Shown one piece after another: positions 25,871 through 37,660 of a DNA stretch of 64,000 nt; position 1 is the first letter of the stretch; every line of letters begins with the position of its first letter. The position numbers were made by a program, and so were the translations under genes. Source of the stretch: Malacoraja senta. Lineage: Eukaryota. Under the pieces are notes generated by a model. It was not told where the DNA came from. It made no database searches and was given only the letters and a program-made list of their open reading frames with translations. The DNA is taken from the NCBI GenBank assembly GCA_038087875.1, contig CM075995.1:3536001-3600000 (forward strand), given 5' to 3'.

Positions 25871-26213
25871 AGAGCATGGAAACAGGACATTAGGCCTTAC
25901 CTTGTCCAAGTTGGCATGTTGGGCAACTCCCATTTGCCTGCATTTAGCCCACAGCCCTCTAAACCCATCCTATCCTTAGATCTGTCCAAATGTATTCTAT
26001 GCCACAATTATATCCACTTCTGTGGCTTCTTCTGGCAGCTTATTCTGGACACAAACTACCCTCTGAATGAAACAGATTCCACTGAGGGTAACTTAAGGTC
26101 CCACTTTAATCTCTTTTCTGTGTCCTCTAGTTTTAGAATCTTTTACCCTGGCAAATAAAGACTGTGAGCATTCACTTTATCCCTGCTCCTCGCGTTTTTG
26201 TTCACTTAACTGA

Positions 26214-26525
26214 GCGGCACGGTGGTGTAGCAGTAGAGCTACTTCTTACAGCACCAGAGACCTAGGTTCATTCCTGACTACAGGTGCTTATCTGTATGGA
26301 ATTTGTACGTTCTCCCCATGGCCAGCATGGGTTTTCTCCGAGATCTTCTGTTTCCCTCCACACTCCAAACACGTACAGGTTAGTAGGCTAATTGGCTTGG
26401 TATAAATGTAAATTGTCCCTCGTGTGTAGAATAGTGCAAGTGTGTGGGAATCACTGGTCGGTGCAGAATTGGTAGGCCAAAGGGCTACCTGTTTCCGCAC
26501 TGTATCTCTAAAACCAAAAATAAAC
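26214..26525 (+). mobile_element. V-SINE (HE1-like)
   Basis: Head GCGGCACGGTGGTGTAGCAGTAGAG, V-domain, tail. Confidence 0.8.
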
Positions 26526-27430
26526 TGAGGTCTCCCCTCAGCTTCCTACACTCCACAGAAGAAAAAAAACCTTGCCTATCCATTCTCTCCCAATAATTCA
26601 AGCCCGCAAGCCCAGCCAACATCCTGATGAATTTCCTCTGCACCCTTTCCAACTTAACCATTTTTAAGAGAGTGTTAGATTTAGCTCTTGGGGCTAAAGG
26701 AATCAAGGAAAATAGACAATAGACAATAGACAATAGCGTAGGAGTAGACCATTCGGCCCTTCAAGCCAGCACCGCCATTCATTGTGATCATGGCTGATCA
26801 TCCACAATCAGTACCCCGTTCCTGCCTTCTCCCCATATCCCCTGATTCCGCTATCCTCAAGAGCCCTATCTAGCTCTAAGGGGAAAAAGCAGGAACAGTG
26901 TACTGATTTTAGGTGATCAGCCATGATCATATTGAATGTCGGTGCTGGCTCCGGAGTGGCCTACCCCTGCACCTATTTTTCTATGTTTTCTATGTTCTAT
27001 GTTTAACAACATCCTTCCTGTTGTTGGGTGACCAGAAATGCACATAGTGATCTTCCTAACGACTTGACCAGCTCCAATGACTTGTACACTTTGGAAAACA
27101 TGGGAATGGACTTAATCATGGACTAAAAATGCTGGAGTGACGCAGCGGGTCAGGCAGCATCTCTGGAGAAAACCAACAGACGATGTTTCGGGTTGAAACC
27201 CTTCTTCAGGCCCAGTCTGAAACATAGAAAATAGGTGCAGGACGAGGCCATTCGGCCCTTCGAGTCCGCACCGGAAGGAGCCAGAAGGGTTTCGACCCGA
27301 AACATCAACCTGCAGAAGGGTTCGGATCCAAAATGTCACGTATTCTTTTATTCCAGAGATGCTGCCTGTCCCGCTGAGTTACTCCAGCATTTTGTGTCCA
27401 TCTTCAGTATATTGTGTCCATCTTCAGTAT

Positions 27431-27702
27431 TGGTCAAGTCGGGGGGAGTTCCTACCGCCACGGGTACTATGTAATCCCGTGCTACCTGCCCCATGGTCGG
27501 ATAGTCGGCGACTAAACTGTCTCCTCCACCCGGTTCGCCAGGTGAGGAGGGGGCTGCGGACCCCCAGCAGGACCAAAAACAAGACCTGTGAAAGGGCGGA
27601 TGAGCTCCTAGCGAGCCAACGGTAGAAGTTGCGATCACTGTCGTACATAGCATTGTAAGGCAGCGTGCCCGTTGATCATTTCAACGATGATGATGATGAT
27701 GA
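27431..27702 (+). mobile_element. 272-bp non-tRNA SINE-like element with (GAT)n tail, probably RTE-dependent
   Basis: 8-bp TSD TTCAGTAT (27423-27430, 27703-27710), GC-rich multi-hairpin body, (GAT)n tail; inserted in a Penelope terminal repeat. Confidence 0.75.
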
Positions 27703-28762
27703 TTCAGTATAAACCAGCATCTGCAGTTCCTTCCCACACAACAGAATTCATCATTGTGTAATCATTAATGAAAGTAGTCTCATAGAGTTGAGTTTGACTA
27801 AAAATACAATATTTGTTTGATTCGGGATAAATAATGTAGAGTTTTATGGGGAGAGGAGCAGTTAATACCAGCAAGGTTTCAAAAGAAACAATGTTTTTAG
27901 CAGTAAAAAACAACTTGTTTGAGCAACTCAGCAGGGCAGGCAGCATCTGTGGAGGCAAATGTACAGGTGGCATTTCAGGTCTGGTCAGAATGAGGGGTAG
28001 GCCAAGGGGTGGGCTAAGAATAAGGGGTAGGACATTTAGGACTGAGATGAGGAAAAAAACTTTTCAACCAGAGAGTTGTGAATCTGTGGAATTCTCTGCC
28101 ACAGAAGGCTGTGGAGGCCAATTCACTGGACGTATTCAAGATAGAGTTAGATTTAGCTCTTAGGGCTAACAGAATCAAGGGATATGGGGAAAAAGCAGGA
28201 ATGGGGTAATGATTTTAGACGACCAGCCATGATCATATTGAATGGCGGTGCTGGCTCGAAGGGGCGAATGGCCTACTCCTGCACCTATTTTCTATGTTTC
28301 TATGTTTCTATGGTCCTTTCGTATTTCTTTCCCTAGAAACTGTGTGGCCCGCAGGATTGCTCCAGCAATTTGTTTCTTACACAGGATTCCAGCATCTGTC
28401 ATCTCTTGAGTTGCAATTTTTATAGGCAATCTGTAAATAGCACTGCGCCCATAATGGGAGTTGCTGCACAAGTCTTCATTAGTATTTAATGTATTTGTTG
28501 ATCATATCACATAATGGGTCAAAGGCCCTTGTATTGAAAAAAATGTCCCAAGCGTTTCTAACCATGTGTTCTGTTTTTAGAATGAATGATACAAACAGTA
28601 AAAATAGTTCATCATTCTGGATTAGTACGGGGTGTCAGGGGTTACGGGGAGGAGGTAGGAGCATGGGGTTAGGAGGGAGAGATAAACAGATCTGCCATGA
28701 TTGAATGGCAGAGTTGACTTAATGGGCCGAATGACCTAATTCTGCTCCTATAACCTATCAAT

Positions 28763-29255
28763 ATCATTCTTGCTATTGAGGGAGTGCAGCGCAGGTTAAT
28801 TCCCGGGATGGCGGGGCTGTCTTATGTTGATAGAATGGAGTGGCTGGGCTGGTATGCTCTGGAATTTAGAAGGGTGAGAGGGGATCTTATTGAAACATAT
28901 AAGATTATTAAGGGTTTGGACACACTAGACGCAGGAAACATGTTCCCGATGTTGGGGGAGTCCAGAACCAGGGGCCACAGTTTAAGAATAAGGGGTAAGC
29001 CATTTAGAACGGAGATGAGGAAAAACTTTTTCACACAGAGAGTTGTGGAATTCTCTGCCTCAGGAGGCAGTGGAAGCCAATTCCCTGTATGCTTTCAAGA
29101 GAGAATTGGATAGAGCTCTTAAAGATAGTAGAGTCAGAGGATATGGGGAAAAGGCAGGAACGGGGTACTGATTGTGGATGATCAGCCATGATCACAGTGA
29201 ATGGCGGTGCTGGCTCGGGGCCGAATGGCCTACTCCTGCACCTATTGTCTATTGA
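28763..29255 (+). mobile_element. CR1 3' fragment
   Basis: ILAIEGVQRRLIPGMAGLSY..RGDLIETYKIIKGLDTLDAGNMFPMLGESRTRGHSLRIRG, plus tail. Confidence 0.9.
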
Positions 29256-29819
29256 ACTAGTGAACTATTATCATTGATATATGAGGGGAACAACACTCAC
29301 TGCTTCCAAAAGCACCCATACTTCCAAGAAGCAGACCAGGCAAAAGCCTGGGCTATTAAATTGAATCAGCAGTAATGCCGAATTCCTCTAGTACAGTTAT
29401 TAAACTCGTATGGGAATCATAATTCGCTACACAATTCAAAACATTTCCACCAATTCGACTAAATTTCCACATCTCTTTATCCTTTCCATTCCAACACCTG
29501 TCTTTTTATCCCTTGCTTCAGTCCAAGATCTGCTTGTGTTCACCAATTACTGCCCATGCTCTGTCCTGTCCCTCCTTTTATCCAGCTTTCTTACCCACCC
29601 TCCCACCTGCAATCAGTCTGAAGAAGGGCCCAGACCTGCAACTTCACCTATCTACTGTCTCCACAGATGCTGCCTGACCTGCTGAGTCACTCCAGCAACT
29701 TGTACCCAGCTTTGGTAAAAACTGGCATCTGTATTTCCTTGTTATTACATGAGAACCATTGCTCCATTTTTTTGCCCAAATATATTGGTCAATTCGTCGT
29801 GAATCGACGATGTACAGCA

Positions 29820-30062
29820 TGGTGGTGCAGCGGTAGAATCAGTGCCAGAGACCCGGGTTCTCCCTCTGTCTGCGTGGGCTTTCTCCTGCTGCTCTGGTTT
29901 CCTCCCACACTGCAAAGATGTGCAGGTTTGTAGGTTAATTGTCTTTGGTAGGATTGTGCAGGAGAGTGTCAGTTTATGGGGTGATCGCTGGTTGGTGTGA
30001 ACTCGATGGGCCGAAGGGCCTGTTTCCACACTGTATCTCCAAAGTCTAAACTCTAATCTAAA
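29820..30062 (+). mobile_element. V-SINE (deleted variant)
   Basis: Head, partial V-domain and CTAAA-like tail. Confidence 0.7.
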
Positions 30063-30609
30063 GGCTACTGCTTAGGCAATATGAAGATTAGGAAATGCAG
30101 TGCCAGTCTTCTTCTTTTCGTGTCCATCTTGTTACAAATGTTGGTCTCGCTGTCATCGTCCGTCCCGAAAAGGACGCAAGCTTCCGGCGACAATCAGTGG
30201 AAGCCATCACTTGTTGCAATAGATGATGGTGGTAGCAGAACTAGCTCAGGATACTTCCAGTTTCCAGCCGGACGTGAATGCTTCTGCTATGAGGCCGCAG
30301 TGCCAATGACCTCAGGTAATAAAAACAGGACAAGCTTGAAGCACTCAGCTGATCAGATAACATCTATGGAAAGAGAAGCAGTGTTAACAATTCATGTCAA
30401 GTGCCCTTTGTCAATTGCCCCAGGTCAAGCTGATTTTGTGCAATGAACATTGAGCATGTAATAATTAAATCCCTTGTGTGCATATGTAAAGGTTCTTACC
30501 ACTGCCTGCAGTGCACACTCTAGGCCTGCACCTGTCTATTGTTATATACCAATAGATCAGCGATGTAGCCTAGTTCCTAACCATAATGAGCATGCACTTC
30601 TCTACCCTA

Positions 30610-30948
30610 GATAGACACAAAAGCTGGAGTAACTCAGCGGGGCAGGCAGAATCTCTGGGGGGAAGGAATGGGTGACTTTTCGGGTCGTGACCCTTCTTCA
30701 GACCGGTTAGGGATAAGAGAAACAAGAGATATAGATGGTGATGTAGAGAGATATTCATTGTTCTTTATCTCTCTACATCATCGTCTATATCTCTTGTTTC
30801 CCTTATCCCTAACCGGTCTGAAGAAGTGTCTCGACTATTAACGTCACCCATTCCTTCTCTCCAGAGATGCTGCCTGTCCCGTTGAGTTACTCCAGCCATT
30901 TGTGTCTATCTTTGGTTTAAACCAGCATCTGCAGTTCCTTCCTACACG
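30610..30948. mobile_element. Penelope terminal-repeat inverted pair (long hairpin)
   Basis: 30610-30753 is the reverse complement of ~30767-30911, with a ~13-nt spacer. Confidence 0.8.
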
Positions 30949-31398
30949 CTTCCCTCCCCTATTGGGAGGATGTGCCTACTTAGAACGCCAGGCCCAGTAC
31001 CATCAAATTTGCAGGACAAAGAGGTCTTTTCAGCTTTGCATTACCCTTATTTTACCCTAATTTTTCACTCGGGGGTTGGGTATATGGAGCGAGCTGCCAG
31101 TGGAGGTAGTGGAGGCAGGTACTGCAACAGCATTTAGAACATAGTTCACAGAACAGTACAGCACAGGAACGGGCCCTTCGGCCCACAATTGTTGTGCTGA
31201 ACATGATAGCAAGTTAAACTGATCTCATCTGCCTGTACATGATCCATATCCCTCTATTCCCTGCACTTCCATGTGCATATCCAAAAGCCTCTAAACACCA
31301 CTATCAGATCTGCCTCCACCACCACCCCTGGCAATGTATTCCAAGCCCTACCACACTCTGTGTAAAAAAATTGCCCTGCACATCTCCATTAAACTTAC

Positions 31399-31809
31399 TG
31401 TGGGAGCCATTTATGTTTAGGCTAGCTACTGTTGGTATATTATATTATTTTGTCTAGATATTTCTAGCAGTATTATTTTGGACACTTGGGGGCAGTCATT
31501 AGATATATAGAGGGGTATAACATATGGGCTTAGGGGACAGGGAGTGATTCAGTCCAGGCACAGGAGGTGGAGAGTATACAGTTCTCACCAGACCGGGAAG
31601 AACTGAAAGCTACAAGTTGTATGAGAATAAGGAGAACCTGGTATGTTCATCTCTTTGTTTGTACAACTACTTCAATAAACAACCAATTAAACTGGAAATA
31701 ACGACTAGAAGATCTGTTCTATTTGGTCTGTGTAAGATCGCTCCTACTTACCTGTGTAGTCATGGTAACGGAAAAGAAGACACTGTAAAAGTTAGAAGTT
31801 GCCATTACA
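31399..31809 (+). mobile_element. Solo LTR (411 bp)
   Basis: TGT...ACA termini, 5-bp TSD CTTAC (31394-31398, 31810-31814), AATAAA near 31674; interrupts a CR1 fragment. Confidence 0.8.
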
Positions 31810-32049
31810 CTTACCCCCTATCACCTTGTAGCTATCTTCACCAGTGTTGGACATTTGCACACTGGGATAAAGGTTTTGACTGTCAATACATCTCATAATT
31901 ATATATACTTCTATCAAGTCTCCCCTTAACCTCCGATGTTCCAGAGGTTACAATCCACATCTATCCAACCTCTCACTGTGGCTGAAGCCCTTTAATCCAG
32001 GCAGCATTATGACAAACCTCCTCTGCACCATCTCCAAATGAAGGTAAAC

Positions 32050-32622
32050 ACACCCTTTGGCCCACCGTGTCCTCACCGACCAGCGAGCACCCCATACACT
32101 AACACTATCCTCCACACTAGGGACAATTTAACAATTCTTAATCTAACAATTAATCTACAAACCTGTACGTCTTTGCAGTATGGGAGGAAACCGGAGCACC
32201 CAGAGGAAACCCACGCGGTCATGGAGAGAACGTGACCGCGTGGGTTTACTCCGAGATCTTTGGTTTCCTCCCACAGTCCAAGACATAGAGGTTTGAAGGT
32301 TAATTGGCTTGGTAGAAATGTAAAGATTGTCTCTAATGTGTGTAGGATAGTGTTGGTATGCGGGGATTACTGGTTACTGCGGACTAGGGGGGCTGAAGGG
32401 CCTGTTTCCATGCTAAATCTCTAAACTAAACTACACTAAACAATTGGCCTATAAACCTGTACGTCTTTGGAGTGATGGAGGAAACCGGAGCTCCCGGGGA
32501 AAACCCGCATTGTCACGGGGAGAACGTACAAACTCCGTACAGAACCCCCCCTAGTTAGGAGCGAACCTGGGTCTCTGGCGCTGTAAAACAGCAACTCTAC
32601 CACTGCGCCACCATGCCGCACC
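32050..32622. mobile_element. Rearranged V-SINE cluster (-/+/-)
   Basis: Minus 3' half 32050-32232, plus 3' half 32233-32437, minus 5' half 32440-32622. Confidence 0.75.
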
Positions 32623-33228
32623 GTTCCTCCTACTAACACGGCAACAGGAGTTTGGGAACGTGCTTTTTCCCCAACTCAATTGGAGTTTCAGGAGGACAAT
32701 ATATTTGAGGCTTTAAACACAGCAGCAACACTATACAAACCCACTCCAAGATAAGGGCCCCTTTCTGGATAAAATATGAAGTAAAGTCCACCGCCTCCTT
32801 GCAGTTTTGTTAGATTCTGCCTTGACTATAAGCAAAGGATTGTTCCCCACTCTTCGACTTCTGTTTTAAATTAATTGCTGATAGAGAGGTTTAAGGTCAA
32901 CCTCTTGAAAGGTCAAAAAAGGAACGAATTCTGGCATTTCAGGTTAGATACAAATTCTGCAGCTTTTGGGACCTATTAGTATTTAAGTCAATCAGTGTTT
33001 CATGCTCCTGTAAAACACTGTTCCCTATTGTTTATCCTACCTGTATTATGTAAAGCAATCATTCATTGAAACGGGAGAGAAAGCTCCCCATTCCTCAAAG
33101 GGATTAACTCGAAATAATTTATCCCAGATTAAGACTGCTCCGTGTGGGAACAGAATGTGTACTTAATGAAAGATATTGCCCCCAACACAGCACCTGTGCA
33201 CTTTAGAAAATAGTGAATCTGCTGGCTG

Positions 33229-33666
33229 TGTTTAGTTTAGTTTAGTTTAGTTTAATTTAGATTAGATTTAGATTAGTTTAGTTTAGTTTAGTTTAGTTTA
33301 GTTTAGTTTAGTTTAGTTTAGTTTAGTTTAGTTTAGTTTAGTTTAGTTTATAGATTGGATTATAGATTGGATTATAGATTGGATTATAGATTAGATTAGA
33401 TTAGATTAGATTAGATTAGTTTACTTTAGATTAGATTAGATTAGTTTACTTTAGATTAGATTAGATTAGATTAGTTTACTTTAGATTAGATTAGTTTAAT
33501 TTAGATTAGATTAGATTAGATTAGATTAAATTTAGATTAGATTAGATTAGATTAGTTTAATTTAGATTAGATTAGATTAGATTAGTTTAATTTAGATGAG
33601 TTTAGTTTAGGTTAGTTTAATTTAGATTAGATTAGATTAGTTTAGTTTAGTTAAGTTTAATTTAGA
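33229..33666. repeat. (TTTAG/ATTAG)n pentanucleotide array (expanded SINE tail)
   Basis: Direct observation; continuous with the SINE at 34151 once the L1 insert is removed. Confidence 0.9.
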
Positions 33667-34150
33667 GAGAGAGTAAAGCAGACCAATTCTTAATGATTTG
33701 GTCTCCCTTTATCGACTTTTTACAAGCATATGGTGCAACACAACCGTAGAAATTAAATGTTTCAGAACCGGGTGAGGGGTGGGTAAAGTTATTAAATAGG
33801 TATTAAATAGGTATATCTCTCTTAATCGCTCTCTTTTTATTTCCTTCTTTTTTTTTTCTTTTTCTTTTTTTTCCTTCTTTTTTTTTCTCTTTCTTTACCA
33901 TTTTCTACCTTTTTGTTTACCTGTTTCTTTCTTCGGGCTTTCTTTACTATTTCATGAACTAACACTTTCACCACTTTTTAACGATACTTTCTTTTCCACT
34001 ATTTTTCCTATCTTCATTTTCTGTTTTAATGTTAAATTAAAAATAAGAAGTTGTACGAACTGTAATATCTCAGTGTGTATTAGGTACTTATGTACTACAA
34101 TACTGTAATTACTTCTAATAAAAATAAATTTAAAAAATAAATTTAAAAAA
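33667..34150 (+). mobile_element. L1-clade 3' end (5'-truncated)
   Basis: ADQFLMIWSPFIDFLQAYG ORF2 end (cf. ADQFQKTWSTFLDLLQA* in the 60232-61137 copy), A-rich tail, 14-bp TSD AAGTTTAATTTAGA. Confidence 0.8.
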
Positions 34151-34457
34151 GTTTAATTTAGAAATTCAGCACAGAAACAGGCCCTTCGGCCCACCGTGTC
34201 TGTGCTGACCAGCAATCCTCGCACATTAACACTATCCTACACACACTAAGGACAATTTACAATTATACCAAGCCAATTAACCTACAAACCTGTACGTCTT
34301 TGGAGTGTGGGAGGAAATCGGAGATCCCGGAGAAAAGCCACGCAGGTCATGGGGAGAATATACAAAATCCCCACAGACAGCACCCGTAATCAGGATCGAA
34401 CCCAGGTCTTTGGCTCTGCAAGATAGCAACTCTATCGCTGCGCCACCGTGCTGCCCT
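34151..34457 (-). mobile_element. V-SINE (HE1-like)
   Basis: Full reverse copy. Confidence 0.85.
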
Positions 34458-34854
34458 GTTAGTGATGAGTGGTTGGTAAGAATTTGTAAAGAAACTCATC
34501 ATCTGGAGTTCTCTGCAGCTAAAGAAGAAATATTTGGTTCCCTCTGAAGAATCCTGCTCTAATTAGTGAAGCACCAACCAGCAGAAATATCCATCAATGT
34601 TTCCCTATGCTTCTACTGCTTCTTCATAGCCGAGGACAAAGAAAATCATATATCAGATAAATATGTCGAGATTTAATGATCTCTGGGATTCTCTCAGCCT
34701 ACACTACGTGCAAGTTCAGGGCAGGAGTTTGCAACATGACACATGGGTTGCAACTCAACCCAATCCCCATTACAGCAAGCTCGTGATGCTCCATTTATTC
34801 AATACATTGACCTACTTACGCATAGTACAAATGTGATTTAACACGATACAATCA

Positions 34855-35161
34855 CGGCACGGTGGCGCAGCGGTAGAGTTGCTGCCTTACAGCCCTTTCA
34901 GCGCCAGAGACCCGGGTTCGATCCCGACTGTCTGTACAGAGTTTGTACGTTCTCCGCTTGACCACGTGGGTTTTCTCCAACATCTTTGATTTCCTCCCAC
35001 ACACCAAAAACATGCAGGTTTGTAGGTTAATTGGCTTGGTGTAAGTGTAAATTGTCCCTAGTGTGTGTAGGATAGTGTTAATGTGCGGGGACTGCTGGTC
35101 GGTGCATACTCGGTGGGCTGAAGGGCCTATTTCCGCGCTGTATCTCTAAACTAAACTAAAC
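34855..35161 (+). mobile_element. V-SINE (HE1-like)
   Basis: Full copy with (CTAAA)n tail. Confidence 0.85.
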
Positions 35162-36205
35162 TTCCATCTAGCATGTTGCACACTACAGGCCTCACATTCA
35201 AATTCAACAAATCCACCACAGATTGTTTTGAAATTGACCAATTCAGCTACGGTGCAATATTACACACAGTTTTCTCTCTCTATGGTTTGCCGGGCATTCT
35301 CTTTTTTAGTTTCAGTGTCAGCAACAACTTTGTCCAACATTCCACAGCTTTAAAATGCTCCGTTGTCATAGAGTCTTAGAGTACATACAGAGTGGAAACA
35401 GGCCCTTCAGCCCAACTTGCTCAAACCTACCAACATGTCCCATCTATGATGTATTCAAGAGAGAGTTAGATATAGCTCTTAGGGCTAATGGAATCAAAGG
35501 AATATGGGGAGAAAGCAGGAACGGGATACTGATTTTGGATGACCAGCCATGATCATATTGAATGATGGTGCTGGCCCGAAGGGCTGAATGGCCTACCCCT
35601 GCACCTATTTTCTATGTTTCTATGTTTCTATCTACACTAATCCCATATGCATGCATTTTTGTCTTGAAACAAATGCCTTGCCTCTTTTCTCTCTGCCCCT
35701 CTCCCTCCCTCCTTCCTTCCCTCTCCCTCCCCATCACCTCATTATTCTGATGGCCAGACAACCATTTTAATGCGGTATCACCTTGGCAGCCCAAGCTGCA
35801 CCCACCAGAGATAGAGTCATACAGCACAGAAACAGGCCCTTCAGCCCAGTTGCCCATGCCGAACAAGGTGCCCCCTCTGCACTAGCTCCACCTGCCCTCC
35901 TTTGGCCCATATCCCTCTAAACCTTTCCTATCCATGTACCTGTCCAAATGTCTTTTAAATGTTGTTATCTTCCCTTCATCCTAACCATCCATCTCCTATT
36001 CTCCCTGCAATTTAAAACAAACTTGCATTCCCACGTTCCCAGTTCCGATGGAAAGACGTTGAACTGAAGCATCAACTCAGTTTTTCTCTCCATAATGCTG
36101 CCTGGCTTGTTGAGTGTTTCCTACACTTTCTGTTGTTATTTCAGATTTGAACATTCACGATTTATTTTGGATTTCAATTCGCTAGATTGCTCCTTGAGTA
36201 TTTTG

Positions 36206-36700
36206 GTTTAGTTTAGTTTAGAGATACAGCATGGAAACAGGCCCTTCGTGCCAACCAGCGATCCCCGCACACTAACACTATTGTACACACACTTGGGACA
36301 ACTTTACATGTAGACATTAAACCAAGACAATTAACCTACAACCTGTACCATCTTTGAAGTTTTTCTACTTCAGATATGTGTTTAGTTTAGTTTAGTTTAG
36401 AGATACAGTGTGGAAACAGGCCCTTCGGCCCACCGAGTCCGCACCGACCAATAATCCCTGCACATTAACACCACCCTATACACACTAGGGACAATTGACA
36501 TTTATATCAAGCCAATTAACCTACAAACCTGTACGTCTTTGGAGTGTGGGAGGAAACCAAAGATCTCGGTGAAAACACAGGCGGTTACGGGGAGAACGTA
36601 CAAACTCTGTACAGACAGCACCCAGAATCGGGATCGAACCCAGGTCTCCGTTGCTGCAAGTGCTGTAAGGCAGCAGCTCTAACGCTGCGACACCGTGTCA
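36206..36700 (-). mobile_element. Two V-SINEs (partial + full)
   Basis: Two (TTTAG)n tails, at ~36206 and ~36380. Confidence 0.8.
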
Positions 36701-37404
36701 CCGTTACTGTTGCAATTTTAAGCAAAGGGCAAAATCAAGATTTTCATCGGGCCTTGTTACCCATTCCTCTTCTGTTCCAGTCTACATATGTTCCCTCTTT
36801 GCTTTTTCTTGGACCACAATGTTCCAAGGATTAAATTTCCTCTGCTTTGCCTGTATCTAACATTGATAACGATAAGCAGAACAAAGCAAGTAAAAAATAG
36901 TTGGTATCCCATTCATCTCCCTATAAAAAGAAACGCCACAAAAATCAAAGCCACATCCAAGCAAATGGAAGATGGATAGACACTAATGGCCATCCCATCT
37001 GTTAATACAAAGCTGGTTTTGGCCTCAGTGATTAAAATGCTCTAAATACACAACATGTTGTAATAAAAGATCACCACCATGCTGTATTGCATTACAGGCT
37101 TATTAAAGATATCACATGACATTCCTAAAACCTTTTTCATTGAGTTCCAGGGCCTGTTATTGATAAGCTTTTAACATACAGAGATTCCCAATGTAACGGG
37201 AAGAGTAAAACCACAGTTATCTTCTCTTCAGTATTAACAGCATATTCGCATTGTTAAAGTACTTAATAGTAAAAGGAGGAAAAAAGGATTAAAAATATTA
37301 AAAGCCATTCCTCTTATAGAATGTACGACACATTGCTACAATCAAGTTGTCACCCTTCTGTATAAATCTCTTCCTTTGCTTTGCAATATCCCCTAACACG
37401 ATGA

Positions 37405-37660
37405 TGCAGCGGTAGAGTTGCTGCCATACAGTGCCAGAGATCAGGGGTCGATCCTGACTACGGGTGCTGTCTGTACGGAGTTTGTAGGTTCTCCCCGTGA
37501 CCTGCGTGGGTTTTCTCCGGGATCTCCAGTTTCCTCCCACATTCCAAATGCATGCAGGTTTCTAGGTTAATGGGCTTGGTATAATTGTAAAATGTTCCCT
37601 AGTGTGTGTAGGATAATGTTAATGTGCGGGGATCGGAGCGGACTCGGTGGGCTGAAGGGC
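37405..37660 (+). mobile_element. V-SINE (3'-truncated)
   Basis: Head and V-domain present. Confidence 0.8.

Noticed and set aside
24776..25933. Three overlapping 320-385 aa ORFs (GSMGLWVY repeats)
   Set aside because: Artefact of a stop-free 8-bp tandem repeat that is open in all three minus frames.
27440..27630. Canonical HDV fold in the 272-bp SINE
   Set aside because: A P2-like pair and an ACC/GGT hairpin exist, but no P1 partner could be placed; kept only as a structured-RNA finding.
30081..30446. 121-aa ORF with a signal-peptide-like start
   Set aside because: No recognisable homology, it runs into repeat-derived sequence, and there is no supporting exon chain; cannot be excluded without RNA-seq.
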